Source: a virus. From it: a stretch of 64,000 bases of DNA. Shown here one piece after another: positions 38,304-48,300 of the stretch. Each line of letters begins with the position of its first letter. Position 1 is the first letter of the stretch. Location: the IMG/VR virus record IMGVR_UViG_3300045988_066710, one strand, 5' to 3'. The notes beneath the pieces were generated by a model. The model was not told the origin of the DNA and ran no database searches. It saw only the letters and a list, made by a program, of their open reading frames with translations. Both the position numbers and the translations under genes were made by a program.

Positions 38304-38551
38304 TGACTAAAAGTTGAGACTCGCTTTAGTAGAAATACTAATGAATAATAAATTGGGTGAATTGCTGGGAAATCCTATATGGATAATCAGCAGCCAAGCT
38401 AAACTTAGGTTAAAAGAGTTTAGAAGGTTCAGAGACTAGAAAGGTGAGCCTAACAATAATCCTTTCCACGAGTGCCCAACATCCTATATGGATGAAGATA
38501 TAGTCCGTGCTTCATAGTAATATGAAGAATTACAGTATAAACAACTGTAAG
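38304..38551 (+). ncRNA. group I (subgroup IA-like) self-splicing intron, ORF-less, 248 nt
   Basis: Conserved core strings match the Tetrahymena intron as I recall it: AATTGCTGGGAAA (J3/4-P4), GCAGCCAAG, GGTTCAGAGACTA (P7 5') and GAAGATATAGTC (J8/7-P7 3').
Pairings found by hand:
- P1: exon GAGTT 38299-38303 with IGS GACTC 38318-38322, including a U-G wobble at the splice site.
- P2: 38326-38341, with a GAAA loop.
- P3: 38353-58 / 38474-79.
- P4: 38363-67 / 38388-92.
- P6: 38399-405 / 38417-423.
- P7: 38434-38 / 38501-05.
- P7.1: 38439-44 / 38461-66.
- P8: 38480-84 / 38490-94.
- P9: 38510-16 / 38521-27, with a GTAA loop.
- Terminal hairpin: 38531-36 / 38544-49.
- Omega-G: 38551. Confidence 0.85.
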
Positions 38552-41419
38552 ATAACAAAACAACCAACTGAGGATAAGTATTCTATGCAACATATTAGAA
38601 TAAAGGGATTCTTACCTAGACAAGTAGGTAGTGTAATTATATTACCTAAAGAGATTACTTCTTTAGCAGGAAGTGACTATGATGTTGATAAGGTTTATGT
38701 AATGTTTCATAGTTTATTTACTAAGAATAACTATAACATTAAGAAAGCTTGGGATGATTTTTATCAATTAGAATCAAGTAAAGATATTCTTGAAGAAATT
38801 GATAAGAATTATGGTGAGGCTTTACAGCAATATATTGCTGAACAAACTGAAGGAGAACCTTTAGATTCTGAGGATTTAAATGATTTAGCAGAAGAATTTA
38901 AAGGCTGGTTAAAAGATAATAATGTCAAGAGATATAATTTATCTGAAACTGCTCAAACAAGATTCTCTGAATGGTTTAATAAAAACAAATCCAAGTACTT
39001 AATAAATAGTTCTTTTAGTACATATGATTATGACTTTGATAAAATAAAAGGAAATGACAAGTTAAGTATTTATAATAATGCAAAGGCTAATAGTAAGAAA
39101 CAAAGAGATTCTTTGATGATTGACCTTATGTGGAGTGTATTATCACATAAAGATACTGCTAAGAGTATTCTAGAACCTGGTGGTTTTGATAAACCAAAAA
39201 AGGCTGCTAGAATTAATACTATCTTATATAATATTGATAAAGAAACTCTTACTAAATTAGGAGGTTTAAAAGGACTTGAGAAACTTAGTCTTGATGAACT
39301 TGATAATTTAGCAGATAAATATAAGGAAAAACTTAATCCATTAGTACCTACTACTTGGGTTACTCTTCATCAAAGAAATATGTCTGGTGCATCACTTATC
39401 CCTATGGCTGCTACTAATAATGCTTCTCATGCATTAATGCAGCAGACTAAACTTGGTATTAAAGGTGAATATCAGTTGACATTTAATGGTCATAAATATA
39501 ACTCTTTACATGATATTAAGAATGCAGATAATGAGTTTATTACCAGAAATATTGCTAGTTTCTTAGCAGCCTTTGTAGATAATGCAAAAGACCCTATTGC
39601 AGGTGATATGAACTTCAATGAAATTACTGCTTCTAGTGCATTTGCATTATTAAGAATGGGTGTAGGAATTAATACTATGTCACTTATAATTAATCAACCT
39701 ATTGTAAGAGATATAGTAAAAGAAGTACAAAATAATAGAGTATCATTAGCAGAAGCTATTATTAATACTATTAATAAATATAAGAACTATAATAATGGTA
39801 CTAATGTTAATAGTTACTATACTAAAATAGAAGATTATAATTTTAAAGATGAAGACTTAGCAAGTAATATTATAGCAAGAAAAGATGCAGATACAGCTAA
39901 TACTAGTGAAGGTCATGAATTCTATGCTAATCAATTAAAAGTAGGCTTTATGTTTGCAAGACTTAATAAATTAGCAGGTGATTTGAATGAATTTACTAAT
40001 GCTACTAGAGCTGATACTCAAAATGGTGGAGCAGGACCTTATATCTCTTCAGATATAATTAATATTGAGAAAGTTGAAAAATTATTGATGGCTCCTATAA
40101 AAGATGCTAATTACTCTCTTACAGGAACATTAGGATTACTTTCATTTAATTTAAATGAAGAAGGTATTATTAATAGTCCATTACCTATATTACAGGCATT
40201 CTTTACCTATGGTGTAGAATCTACTGAGAAGTTATTCAATAAGTATTTTCCATACTATAATAATACTTATACTAGTATTATAAGTACTATAAAAGATATG
40301 ACTAGATATGGTAATTTAAATGAAAAGCAGAGAAATAGTATATATAATGATTTTATCAGTTATATGCTAGCAGAAACTAGTGAATATAATTATAAAGATG
40401 AGGAAGGTAATCCTATATCTGAAAGAAAATATTATATCACTAAATTCCCTGCTGAGTTTGATGCTTTCAAAAAAGCTCATCCAGAGTTATCTCAGTTACC
40501 TATTATAAACAGAGTAAAATATAATAAGTTTACTAAATATAATCCAGCACCATCTCTTACCTTTAGTAATGTAGGTAGAATTACTGATATACAGAAGCAA
40601 GACTATATTAGAAGTTGGGAAACACTTATGAATATTAATGATGAATGTAGGGATATGGCTATTAAGTTATTTCTTTACTGCAATTATAAAGGTTTAGGTT
40701 TTAGTCCTAATGGATTTAGTCATTTAGCTCCTGTAGCAGTAAAAGAGAATACTGGTAATTATATAGAAACTCTTGAAGATATGTACTTTGAGAAAGCTGA
40801 TGTAACTACTTTTATAGGTCAATATTTTAGAAATCATTTAGATGATAGAACATTAGTACCAGATATTACTGGGGCATCTTATGTAAGTGAAGTTAATCTT
40901 GAAACAGAAAATTTTGATGTTAAAGTTGATTTCAATTCATCTATGGATGATAAAAAAATTGCTAAACCATTTGATGATAAAAGTGCTCCTGAATATTTAC
41001 CTTATGTTCATATTAATTATAAGGGGGCTGATTTATACTTTGAAAGAGTAAATGAAGCTAAAGATTTAATAGCTTCTTATCAAAGAATACAACCTTTAGG
41101 AGTAAAGAATCAATATGTAGAGTATGATAGTAATGCTAGTGAAGATATGGAATCAGTAGTACCTAAACCACAAGCATATAAAGCTAATCTTAATGATTAT
41201 GTTGATAATACAGATATTACAGATAATCAAGATATGGCTAATTTTGTTATGGAACAACAGCAATCTGCACAAGCAAGTTTACTTGCTGTAATTAAACAGA
41301 AAGCTGCTGAAAATGGTTATACTGAATCACAACCTATTGATAAACTAGAGCAACTTCCTCCTATAACAGAGGATGAACAAGGAAATAAATTCTGTGATAA
41401 TGTAATAGCAAGATTATAA
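38552..41419 (+). CDS. crAss-type virion RNA polymerase giant protein, exon 2 (carries DxDxD)
   Basis: The predicted join ...VIGYRV|ITKQPTEDKYSMQH... is in frame. The metal-binding motif AGSDYDVDKVY (GAC TAT GAT GTT GAT, 38675-38689) is typical of double-psi beta-barrel RNAPs. The track start at 38507 is a GTG inside the intron and is not a real start. Confidence 0.75.
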   Translation: MTKQPTEDKYSMQHIRIKGFLPRQVGSVIILPKEITSLAGSDYDVDKVYVMFHSLFTKNNYNIKKAWDDFYQLESSKDILEEIDKNYGEALQQYIAEQTEGEPLDSEDLNDLAEEFKGWLKDNNVKRYNLSETAQTRFSEWFNKNKSKYLINSSFSTYDYDFDKIKGNDKLSIYNNAKANSKKQRDSLMIDLMWSVLSHKDTAKSILEPGGFDKPKKAARINTILYNIDKETLTKLGGLKGLEKLSLDELDNLADKYKEKLNPLVPTTWVTLHQRNMSGASLIPMAATNNASHALMQQTKLGIKGEYQLTFNGHKYNSLHDIKNADNEFITRNIASFLAAFVDNAKDPIAGDMNFNEITASSAFALLRMGVGINTMSLIINQPIVRDIVKEVQNNRVSLAEAIINTINKYKNYNNGTNVNSYYTKIEDYNFKDEDLASNIIARKDADTANTSEGHEFYANQLKVGFMFARLNKLAGDLNEFTNATRADTQNGGAGPYISSDIINIEKVEKLLMAPIKDANYSLTGTLGLLSFNLNEEGIINSPLPILQAFFTYGVESTEKLFNKYFPYYNNTYTSIISTIKDMTRYGNLNEKQRNSIYNDFISYMLAETSEYNYKDEEGNPISERKYYITKFPAEFDAFKKAHPELSQLPIINRVKYNKFTKYNPAPSLTFSNVGRITDIQKQDYIRSWETLMNINDECRDMAIKLFLYCNYKGLGFSPNGFSHLAPVAVKENTGNYIETLEDMYFEKADVTTFIGQYFRNHLDDRTLVPDITGASYVSEVNLETENFDVKVDFNSSMDDKKIAKPFDDKSAPEYLPYVHINYKGADLYFERVNEAKDLIASYQRIQPLGVKNQYVEYDSNASEDMESVVPKPQAYKANLNDYVDNTDITDNQDMANFVMEQQQSAQASLLAVIKQKAAENGYTESQPIDKLEQLPPITEDEQGNKFCDNVIARL

Positions 41420-41420
41420 T

Positions 41421-44400
41421 ATGAGTAAATGTACATTTATACCAACAAATAAAGAGGGGAATATCCCCTCTTTATTTACACAATTAAAAAGTTATTTTGG
41501 AAATACTAAACAAGCATTATATTACTGGCAGAGAGTTAAATCTCCAGAGTTTAGTAAAACATTTCCAAATGTTAGATATGATAATGAAGGTAATCCATTA
41601 ATGGAAGACCTAATGTATAAAGTTGGCTTGGATGGTCTTAAAGATGAGCTTAGCCAGCTAAAAAATTTGAATCAGCATAATAGTCCTGTAGCTAGAAATT
41701 ATACTAATGTAATGAATCTAGAGGAACAAGCTGTGTCATTTAATAGAAATAGTCCTTATAGAAGTAAGTTCTTTGCAACAGTAACTAATGTAGAGGATAA
41801 AGTAAAGTTATCTATAAGACCTATAAGAGAAAATAAAGAAGATATAACTCATAAGATTGAATTCAATAGTAAGTTAAATAGGAGATTAGAAGGACTATTA
41901 TCTGACTGGGGTATAGGAGTCGGTGCATTAAGTGAACTTGAAGAAAAACAAGGAATTAATGGTATAACAGATTTTGATTGTGCAATAACTACTGCTAATG
42001 GTTTAAAAACTTTAATTAGAGTAGCTAAAGGTCAAAGAGGTCAAGATGTATTACCAGAAGAGTTTGCACACTTTGCAATAGAAGCAGTAGACACTCCATT
42101 AAAAGCTAGAATGACTAATGTACTTAGTGATGAGAATATACTTGAGAGAATCTTTGGTGATACATATCAAGATTATATGAATAAGTACAATAATAATCTT
42201 GACTTAATGGCTGTAGAAGCATTAGGTAAGATTATGGCTGATGTACTTAATGATAAGGAAGTATTTAATCCTAATAAAAGATTATTTGATAGGTATCTTA
42301 ATCAAGTAAAAGATAAATTCAAAGATAAGAATACTGATGATATTGATAAAATAATTAATGAAGTTAAAGTTCAAGTATATGATTTAGCTAATGATATAGT
42401 AAATAACAGATATACTATGAATATTAGTACTAAAGAACATAATACTAAGTTATATAATCTTACAAGTAATGTTAATAAATCAGCTAAAATACTTGAAAAA
42501 ATTCTTGAACAAGAGCTAAAGAGATTGAAAGTATATGGTGATAAGAAAGATTTTGGTGCTGCTCAGCAAGTATTTATAAATAAATTACAAGCAGATTTAC
42601 AGAATCATCAAGAGATACAAGGTATTCTTGAATATATGGATAATAGTCTTAGTGTTCTTGGTAATCTTGAAAAGAGAATGGCTAAAATTGGTAGTGGTGA
42701 ATTATCAAAAGAAGAAGAATTTAAAGCTCTTAGAAATGTAAGAAACTATCTTAATTCATATGGTGTCATTATGAATGACATTAGAAAACAGATGAATGAA
42801 GCTTCTAGAGAAGGAGATGATAGCATTAAAGAAAATATTAAGGATATTCTTAATCAGAATGATATTATAATAAAGGACTTATCATCAGATTTCTATGAGA
42901 TAGCTAAAGATAAGTTTACTGAATTTATAAGACCATTTGTTGGTGACGGTTTAGCTATAACTATTGGTAGAGATAGATATAAGAAAACTTATACAGCAGA
43001 AGAATTAGTAACTTCTATGGATAGAGATATTACCTTAGCTGATAGATGGTTAGATTCAATGGCAGATTCTTCTGACCCTATGTTACAGATTTATGACCAA
43101 GTTGTAAAGAAACAAAAAGGGGAAGCTAGACTTGATACTATTGAAATGGCTAAAGAAATTCAAGCTAAAGTCAAAGAACTTGAAGATAGAGGAGTAACTG
43201 ATACTTCCTTTATGTATGAAAGAGATGAAAATGGTAATCTTACAGGTTATTTTGTACAAAAGATTTGGTGGAGTAAATATAAGAATGCTAAGAATACATT
43301 CTTTAAAAAGTTAAAAGAGAAATATGGAGATAATCCTGAAGGCTTTGAAAAGATTGCAAGAGATAATGAAATCAATGAATGGTATAAGGAAAATACCTAT
43401 AAAGATAAATTTGGTAATAGAAGACCTCTTATAGAAAAGTATGCTAATCCTGCTTGGAATAAACTTACAGAAGCACAGAAAGAATATCATAGTTATATGA
43501 TGGAATTAAAGTCTAAACTTGATGGTGTATTACCTAATTCTTCTAGTGTATCTGTAGGTAAAGCTCCCCAGATAAGAAGAGATTTCTTACAGAGATTTAC
43601 TGGTTCTTCATTATCTAGTCAAGGTAAATACTTCTGGGAGAATATGAAAGATTCTCTTGTAAGAAGAGAAGATGATGTTGAGTATCTTGATAAATCTGTA
43701 GTAATGGATTTTGAAGGTAATCAGGTAATGATGTTACCAGTATATTATACTAAGGATTTGCAGGATATGAATGACTTATCTCTTGATACTACATCATCTA
43801 TGATAGCTTATATGGCTATGGTAAATGACTTTAATAGAATGAATGAAGTTATTGATACTCTTGAAGTAGGAAGACTTGTATTAGCAGAAAGAAGAGTTAA
43901 TCAGACAGAAGGTAATAAGACTAAGACTGAACATTTTAATGTATTAGGAAGACAGATACATAATGTACTTACTAAGAAAGGAGATTCTACATACTTTATA
44001 CAGAAATTAAATACATTTATGGAAATGCAAGTCTATGGTATTACTCATAAAGATGAAGGTTCTTTAGGTAAAGTAGATGTAGCTAAAGGTGCAGATTTCT
44101 TGAATAGAATGACATCATTAGGTACTACAGCTTTAAGTGTTCTTACTGGTACTGCTAACTTATTACAGAACTTAACTATTGATAGAATTGAAGCTACTAG
44201 TGGTAAATTCTTTAATCATTCAGAGTTAACTAAAGCAGAAGCTATATATGCTAAGGAATTACCTGCATTCTTAGGAGAATTTGGTAATAGAATAAAGACT
44301 AATAAACTAGCTTTATTCAGTGAATTATTTAATGTTCCTCAGAATTATAAGTCAAGTGTAAGAGATGTACAATGGAATAGAAAGACTTGGGCTTCAAGAT

Positions 44401-45356
44401 TATTTAATAGTAATGCTCTTTGGTTTACTACCAGTGCAGGAGACCATTTTGTACAACATAGAGCTGCTATTGCTTTAGCATTAAGATATAAATTAAAGGA
44501 TAAAAATGGTAATTCTATTGATTTATGGGATGCTTTAGAAGTAGTTCCTATTAATAAAGATAAACCTAAATTAGGTGCTAAGTTACAGATAAAACCAGGT
44601 ATTACCAAGATGGATGGTAGTGCTTTTACTAGAGCCGATATTATTAAATTCAGTAATCAAAATAGAGCAGTTCAGAATATGAATTATGGTATCTACAATG
44701 ATGAAGATAAAAATGCTTTACAACAAAGAGCAGCAGGAAGACTTATAATGTTCTATAGAAACTGGATGAGACCTTTATATCTTAATAGATTTGGTAGAGG
44801 TAAATATAATTATGATTTACAGGACTATACTGAAGGTTATTATATGACTATGGGTAGATTTATATATCAATCTATGAAAGACCTTAAACAATCAGAGTTT
44901 GATATTATCAGGCAATGGAAACATTTATCTGATATTGAAAAGGGTAATATAAAGAAAGGTCTTACTGAATTAGGTTTCTATTGGTCATTATATGCTATTA
45001 TTGCTGCATTAGGTGTAGCAGGAGGCGATGATGGTAAACATAAACCTTGGTTTGCAAGAATGTCAAGTTATGCTTTACTTAGATTAAGAACTGATATGGG
45101 AGTATTATTACCTAGTCCTTCAATGATTGATGAGGGATTGAAGTTCTTTAAATCTCCATTTGCATCAATATCTTATATAACTAAATTAAGAAAGATATTA
45201 AATTTAGTTGACCCATCTGTATATACAACTACTGTTAATAGTGGTATATATAAAGGATATACAGAAGCAGAAAAGATTGGTTTAGATTTATTACCATTCA
45301 GAAAACAGATTGTTAATTCATTAAATCCAGATGAACCAGCAAGATATTATAAATAA
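41421..45356 (+). CDS. large (1,311 aa) protein of the RNAP/virion-cargo block, function unknown
   Basis: Its ATG lies 1 nt after the RNAP stop. It is long and helical-looking, with one hydrophobic segment near the C-terminus (GFYWSLYAIIAALGVAGG). Confidence 0.7.
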   Translation: MSKCTFIPTNKEGNIPSLFTQLKSYFGNTKQALYYWQRVKSPEFSKTFPNVRYDNEGNPLMEDLMYKVGLDGLKDELSQLKNLNQHNSPVARNYTNVMNLEEQAVSFNRNSPYRSKFFATVTNVEDKVKLSIRPIRENKEDITHKIEFNSKLNRRLEGLLSDWGIGVGALSELEEKQGINGITDFDCAITTANGLKTLIRVAKGQRGQDVLPEEFAHFAIEAVDTPLKARMTNVLSDENILERIFGDTYQDYMNKYNNNLDLMAVEALGKIMADVLNDKEVFNPNKRLFDRYLNQVKDKFKDKNTDDIDKIINEVKVQVYDLANDIVNNRYTMNISTKEHNTKLYNLTSNVNKSAKILEKILEQELKRLKVYGDKKDFGAAQQVFINKLQADLQNHQEIQGILEYMDNSLSVLGNLEKRMAKIGSGELSKEEEFKALRNVRNYLNSYGVIMNDIRKQMNEASREGDDSIKENIKDILNQNDIIIKDLSSDFYEIAKDKFTEFIRPFVGDGLAITIGRDRYKKTYTAEELVTSMDRDITLADRWLDSMADSSDPMLQIYDQVVKKQKGEARLDTIEMAKEIQAKVKELEDRGVTDTSFMYERDENGNLTGYFVQKIWWSKYKNAKNTFFKKLKEKYGDNPEGFEKIARDNEINEWYKENTYKDKFGNRRPLIEKYANPAWNKLTEAQKEYHSYMMELKSKLDGVLPNSSSVSVGKAPQIRRDFLQRFTGSSLSSQGKYFWENMKDSLVRREDDVEYLDKSVVMDFEGNQVMMLPVYYTKDLQDMNDLSLDTTSSMIAYMAMVNDFNRMNEVIDTLEVGRLVLAERRVNQTEGNKTKTEHFNVLGRQIHNVLTKKGDSTYFIQKLNTFMEMQVYGITHKDEGSLGKVDVAKGADFLNRMTSLGTTALSVLTGTANLLQNLTIDRIEATSGKFFNHSELTKAEAIYAKELPAFLGEFGNRIKTNKLALFSELFNVPQNYKSSVRDVQWNRKTWASRLFNSNALWFTTSAGDHFVQHRAAIALALRYKLKDKNGNSIDLWDALEVVPINKDKPKLGAKLQIKPGITKMDGSAFTRADIIKFSNQNRAVQNMNYGIYNDEDKNALQQRAAGRLIMFYRNWMRPLYLNRFGRGKYNYDLQDYTEGYYMTMGRFIYQSMKDLKQSEFDIIRQWKHLSDIEKGNIKKGLTELGFYWSLYAIIAALGVAGGDDGKHKPWFARMSSYALLRLRTDMGVLLPSPSMIDEGLKFFKSPFASISYITKLRKILNLVDPSVYTTTVNSGIYKGYTEAEKIGLDLLPFRKQIVNSLNPDEPARYYK

Positions 45357-45361
45357 AAAAT

Positions 45362-45398
45362 AAGGGAGGAGGTTTACACCTTCTCCCTTTTTTATTTT
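45362..45398. terminator. bidirectional rho-independent terminator at the convergence point
   Basis: 12-bp stem AAGGGAGGAGGT (45362-45373) / ACCTTCTCCCTT (45378-45389) with one G-U pair and loop TTAC. A-rich sequence lies 5' of it and the T-rich sequence TTTTTTATTTT lies 3'. It sits exactly between the + strand stop (45356) and the - strand stop (45397). Confidence 0.8.
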
Positions 45399-48300
45399 AG
45401 CTTAAACAATTAAGTTCTGATTCTCTTTGCTTTGGTAACATATTGTTCCAATCTGTTTCATTCATATTCATAAGTTTAAGTAAGTCTCTAGTATCATTAC
45501 TTAATTCATTCCACTTCTTTAATGCTTCAGGATTATCTACTACAATATTACCATCTACATTTCTACCAGTTTGTTCTTCTACATCTGTTCTAGGCTTTAT
45601 TTCTTCTTTACCCAATGTACCATCAGGAGCTTCCTTATTATAAGTATTGAGTAAACTCATTGCTTTTAATAAATCTTCCTCAGCACTCTGTGGTCCTGTA
45701 GGAGTAGCATTAGACTTAGTATTATCTACAACATTAATAGGAGTAGCTGAAATTACAGTTTTAGTATTAGAATTATTTAATATATCTAATACTTGTTTAG
45801 TTACTTCTTCTTTACTATTACTAAAATCAGTATTAATTAAAGTATTCTTTATATATTCTTTATTTGAATCTGTAAGAGTACCTTTTACATTAATAATAAT
45901 ACCATTAGTACCTCTATTATTACCAAACTTCTCTGCATTTCTATAAGATATAATAGTTACTACACTACCATCTTTCATCTTAACTTCACTAAATACAGGA
46001 ACTGTTTTATCTTTACTCCAAACTCTAGGGTCTTCACTAACACCTCTCCAACCATCAGTAATATTAATAGTGCCAGTACCAAATTCACCACCTATAAATA
46101 CATTATTAGTATCATAATTAATTTTAACTTCTGGTTTAATTTCTGGTTTAATTTCTTCTTGAGGTTTAGCATTAACTATACCTGCTTGAATAAATGCAGC
46201 TTTATTAGCCTGTATAGTACTAGCCCAAGTACTTTTACTTTCTTCTAATTGTTTATCAGTAAGTAATTCTCTTCTACCATTCATATAAGTAACTTCACCA
46301 TTAGGAAATACCATATAAGGGGAATAGAAAGTAGTAATTTTCTTGGTAGAATTATTAGTAGATTTAACTTCTTCTATATAAGCTTTAATTTCACTACCAT
46401 TAATAGTAGTTACTACAGGTAAAGTACTTATATCTACTTTAACTTTCTTAGTAGGACTTAATTCTAATGTTTTAACATTACTTACAGGAATAGTATTGTT
46501 ATCTACTTTAGGAGTACTTACAGTAGTACCTTGCATAAATTCACTAGGTTGATAGGTAATATTGACTGTTGGTTCTGCATTAAATGCAGTAATACCTTTA
46601 TCATTATAATTGATAATTAAAGGTATTAAAGCCATATCAACTATAGGTGTACCATATCTACTAGTAAATAAGTCATTATAAGCACTTAATTGTCTAGTAT
46701 ATTGCTCTTGAGTACTTCTTATTTGTCTATTATGCCATACAGTAGTATAATGAGTATCAAGCTTACCTTCATCAGTATAGAATCTATACTTAGATGTCTT
46801 GAAATCATAGAATCTAAATTCTCCTGTATATTTATTATAAGTCAACAAGTCTAACTCTCCAGCAATTCTCTTATCACCAATCTTATTAAATACAACTATA
46901 CCATTAGCAATAGGAATTTCACCATTATTATCAAAGTATTCCTTCAATGATTTAGCTCTTGATTTAAATCTTTCAAATACTTCATTAGACATATTATCTG
47001 GCTTCTGTATAGCATCAATTTCTCCTTCAAAAGATTGTCTCATTAAATCATCAAATTCCTGACCATATTGTAAAGCTAAAGTATTAGGAGTTTGATTCTC
47101 ATCTCTCTTCCAAGATTCACCTATTACATTATGTACACCTTCATACTCATGATATTGACCATCATCTTCAAGTATTTGATATATATGTCCTTCTCTACCT
47201 TCAATAGTATTATCAGGTCTTCCATTATCTAATCTCTTAACTTTAGCTTGGTCTTCCTTTAATCTATTTAAAGTATAATTCATTTTATCTATAACAGTAG
47301 GTCTATTATTCATATTATCCTCATACATCTGCTTCTGCTTTTCAGTAGCATAAGATTTATGAGTTACATCCATATAATGACCATTAACTTTAGTAATACC
47401 ATTATAGATATAAGGACCATTTACTGCATTACCATTAAGCTCATAAGCAGCAGCTAAATCAAATATTAAATTAGTTCTTTTAGGTACTACAACACTTTCA
47501 CTACTGTCATAGATTTTACCATCTCTTACAAAGTAAGTATTCTTACCTAATGTTACTTTAGTACCTTCCTTATTTCCTGTAGGAGAGAATGTACCTTTAG
47601 GATTAATAGCATCTTTCTGATTACCTTCTTCATCATAATAATTGGTAGTAAACCAACTATTAGTCATTTGAGTATCTACTAAGTGAGTATAAAGTATATC
47701 ATCATTAACTAATTTTTCATTGTAATCTCCCTTATTAATCTCATTCTTATCAATATTAAAAGGAGTATTTAATGAATATAAATATTTAAGTATTTCATTA
47801 TAAACATGAGTAGGGTCTGTCTGAGTAGCAGCACTACCTCCAATAGAACCATCTACATTTAATGTAAAACTACCAGTGTTATTTTCTAAGTTAATATTCT
47901 TTGTACCTTGAGGACCACCTTTAAGAGATAGGAATATAGTACCTTTATAGCTGAATATATTCATATGAAAGCTATTAGGTAAATATAATTGCTGACATAA
48001 ATCTATGAATAATTCAGTACACTTATCAGGATTAGTAGTTTTACTTAATTCATCAATAATTCTATGTATTTCTCTTGCTCTAGAATTATTAGTATCCTTT
48101 AATTTATTTAAATCAAATTCTTCTTCATTGAAATGTTTTACTCTAATAGGTTTAGGAGAATAAGTACTTCTACTATTCTTTAATAATAAATATACCTTAC
48201 CATCAGCTTGACTTCTATTATAAGGTTTCTCAGTAGTCAAATCCTTATTGGTTATTAACTCTCTGTTACTAACTATACCTAACTGTATAGGAGTACCATT

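Noticed and set aside
38304-38306. TGA at the end of the 1,968-aa ORF read as a recoded or read-through stop, since some crAss-like phages reassign stop codons
   Set aside because: Reading through the TGA in frame hits TAA 14 codons later, and the downstream ORF is in a different frame. All other long genes in the window are intact with the standard code. The intervening sequence has a complete group I intron core, which explains the interruption.
38507-38563. The 5' end of the 970-aa track ORF (MLHSNMKNYSINNCK...) taken as an independent gene start
   Set aside because: The first codon is GTG and lies inside intron helices P9 and the terminal hairpin. There is no leader or promoter, and the recognisable protein sequence starts only after the predicted 3' splice site at 38552.
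46129-46152. Tandem 12-nt repeat TTCTGGTTTAAT x2 (plus a partial third copy)
   Set aside because: It lies inside the 2,240-aa CDS and encodes the peptide repeat EIKPEIKPEVK, a linker-like coding repeat. It is not a regulatory or CRISPR-like element.
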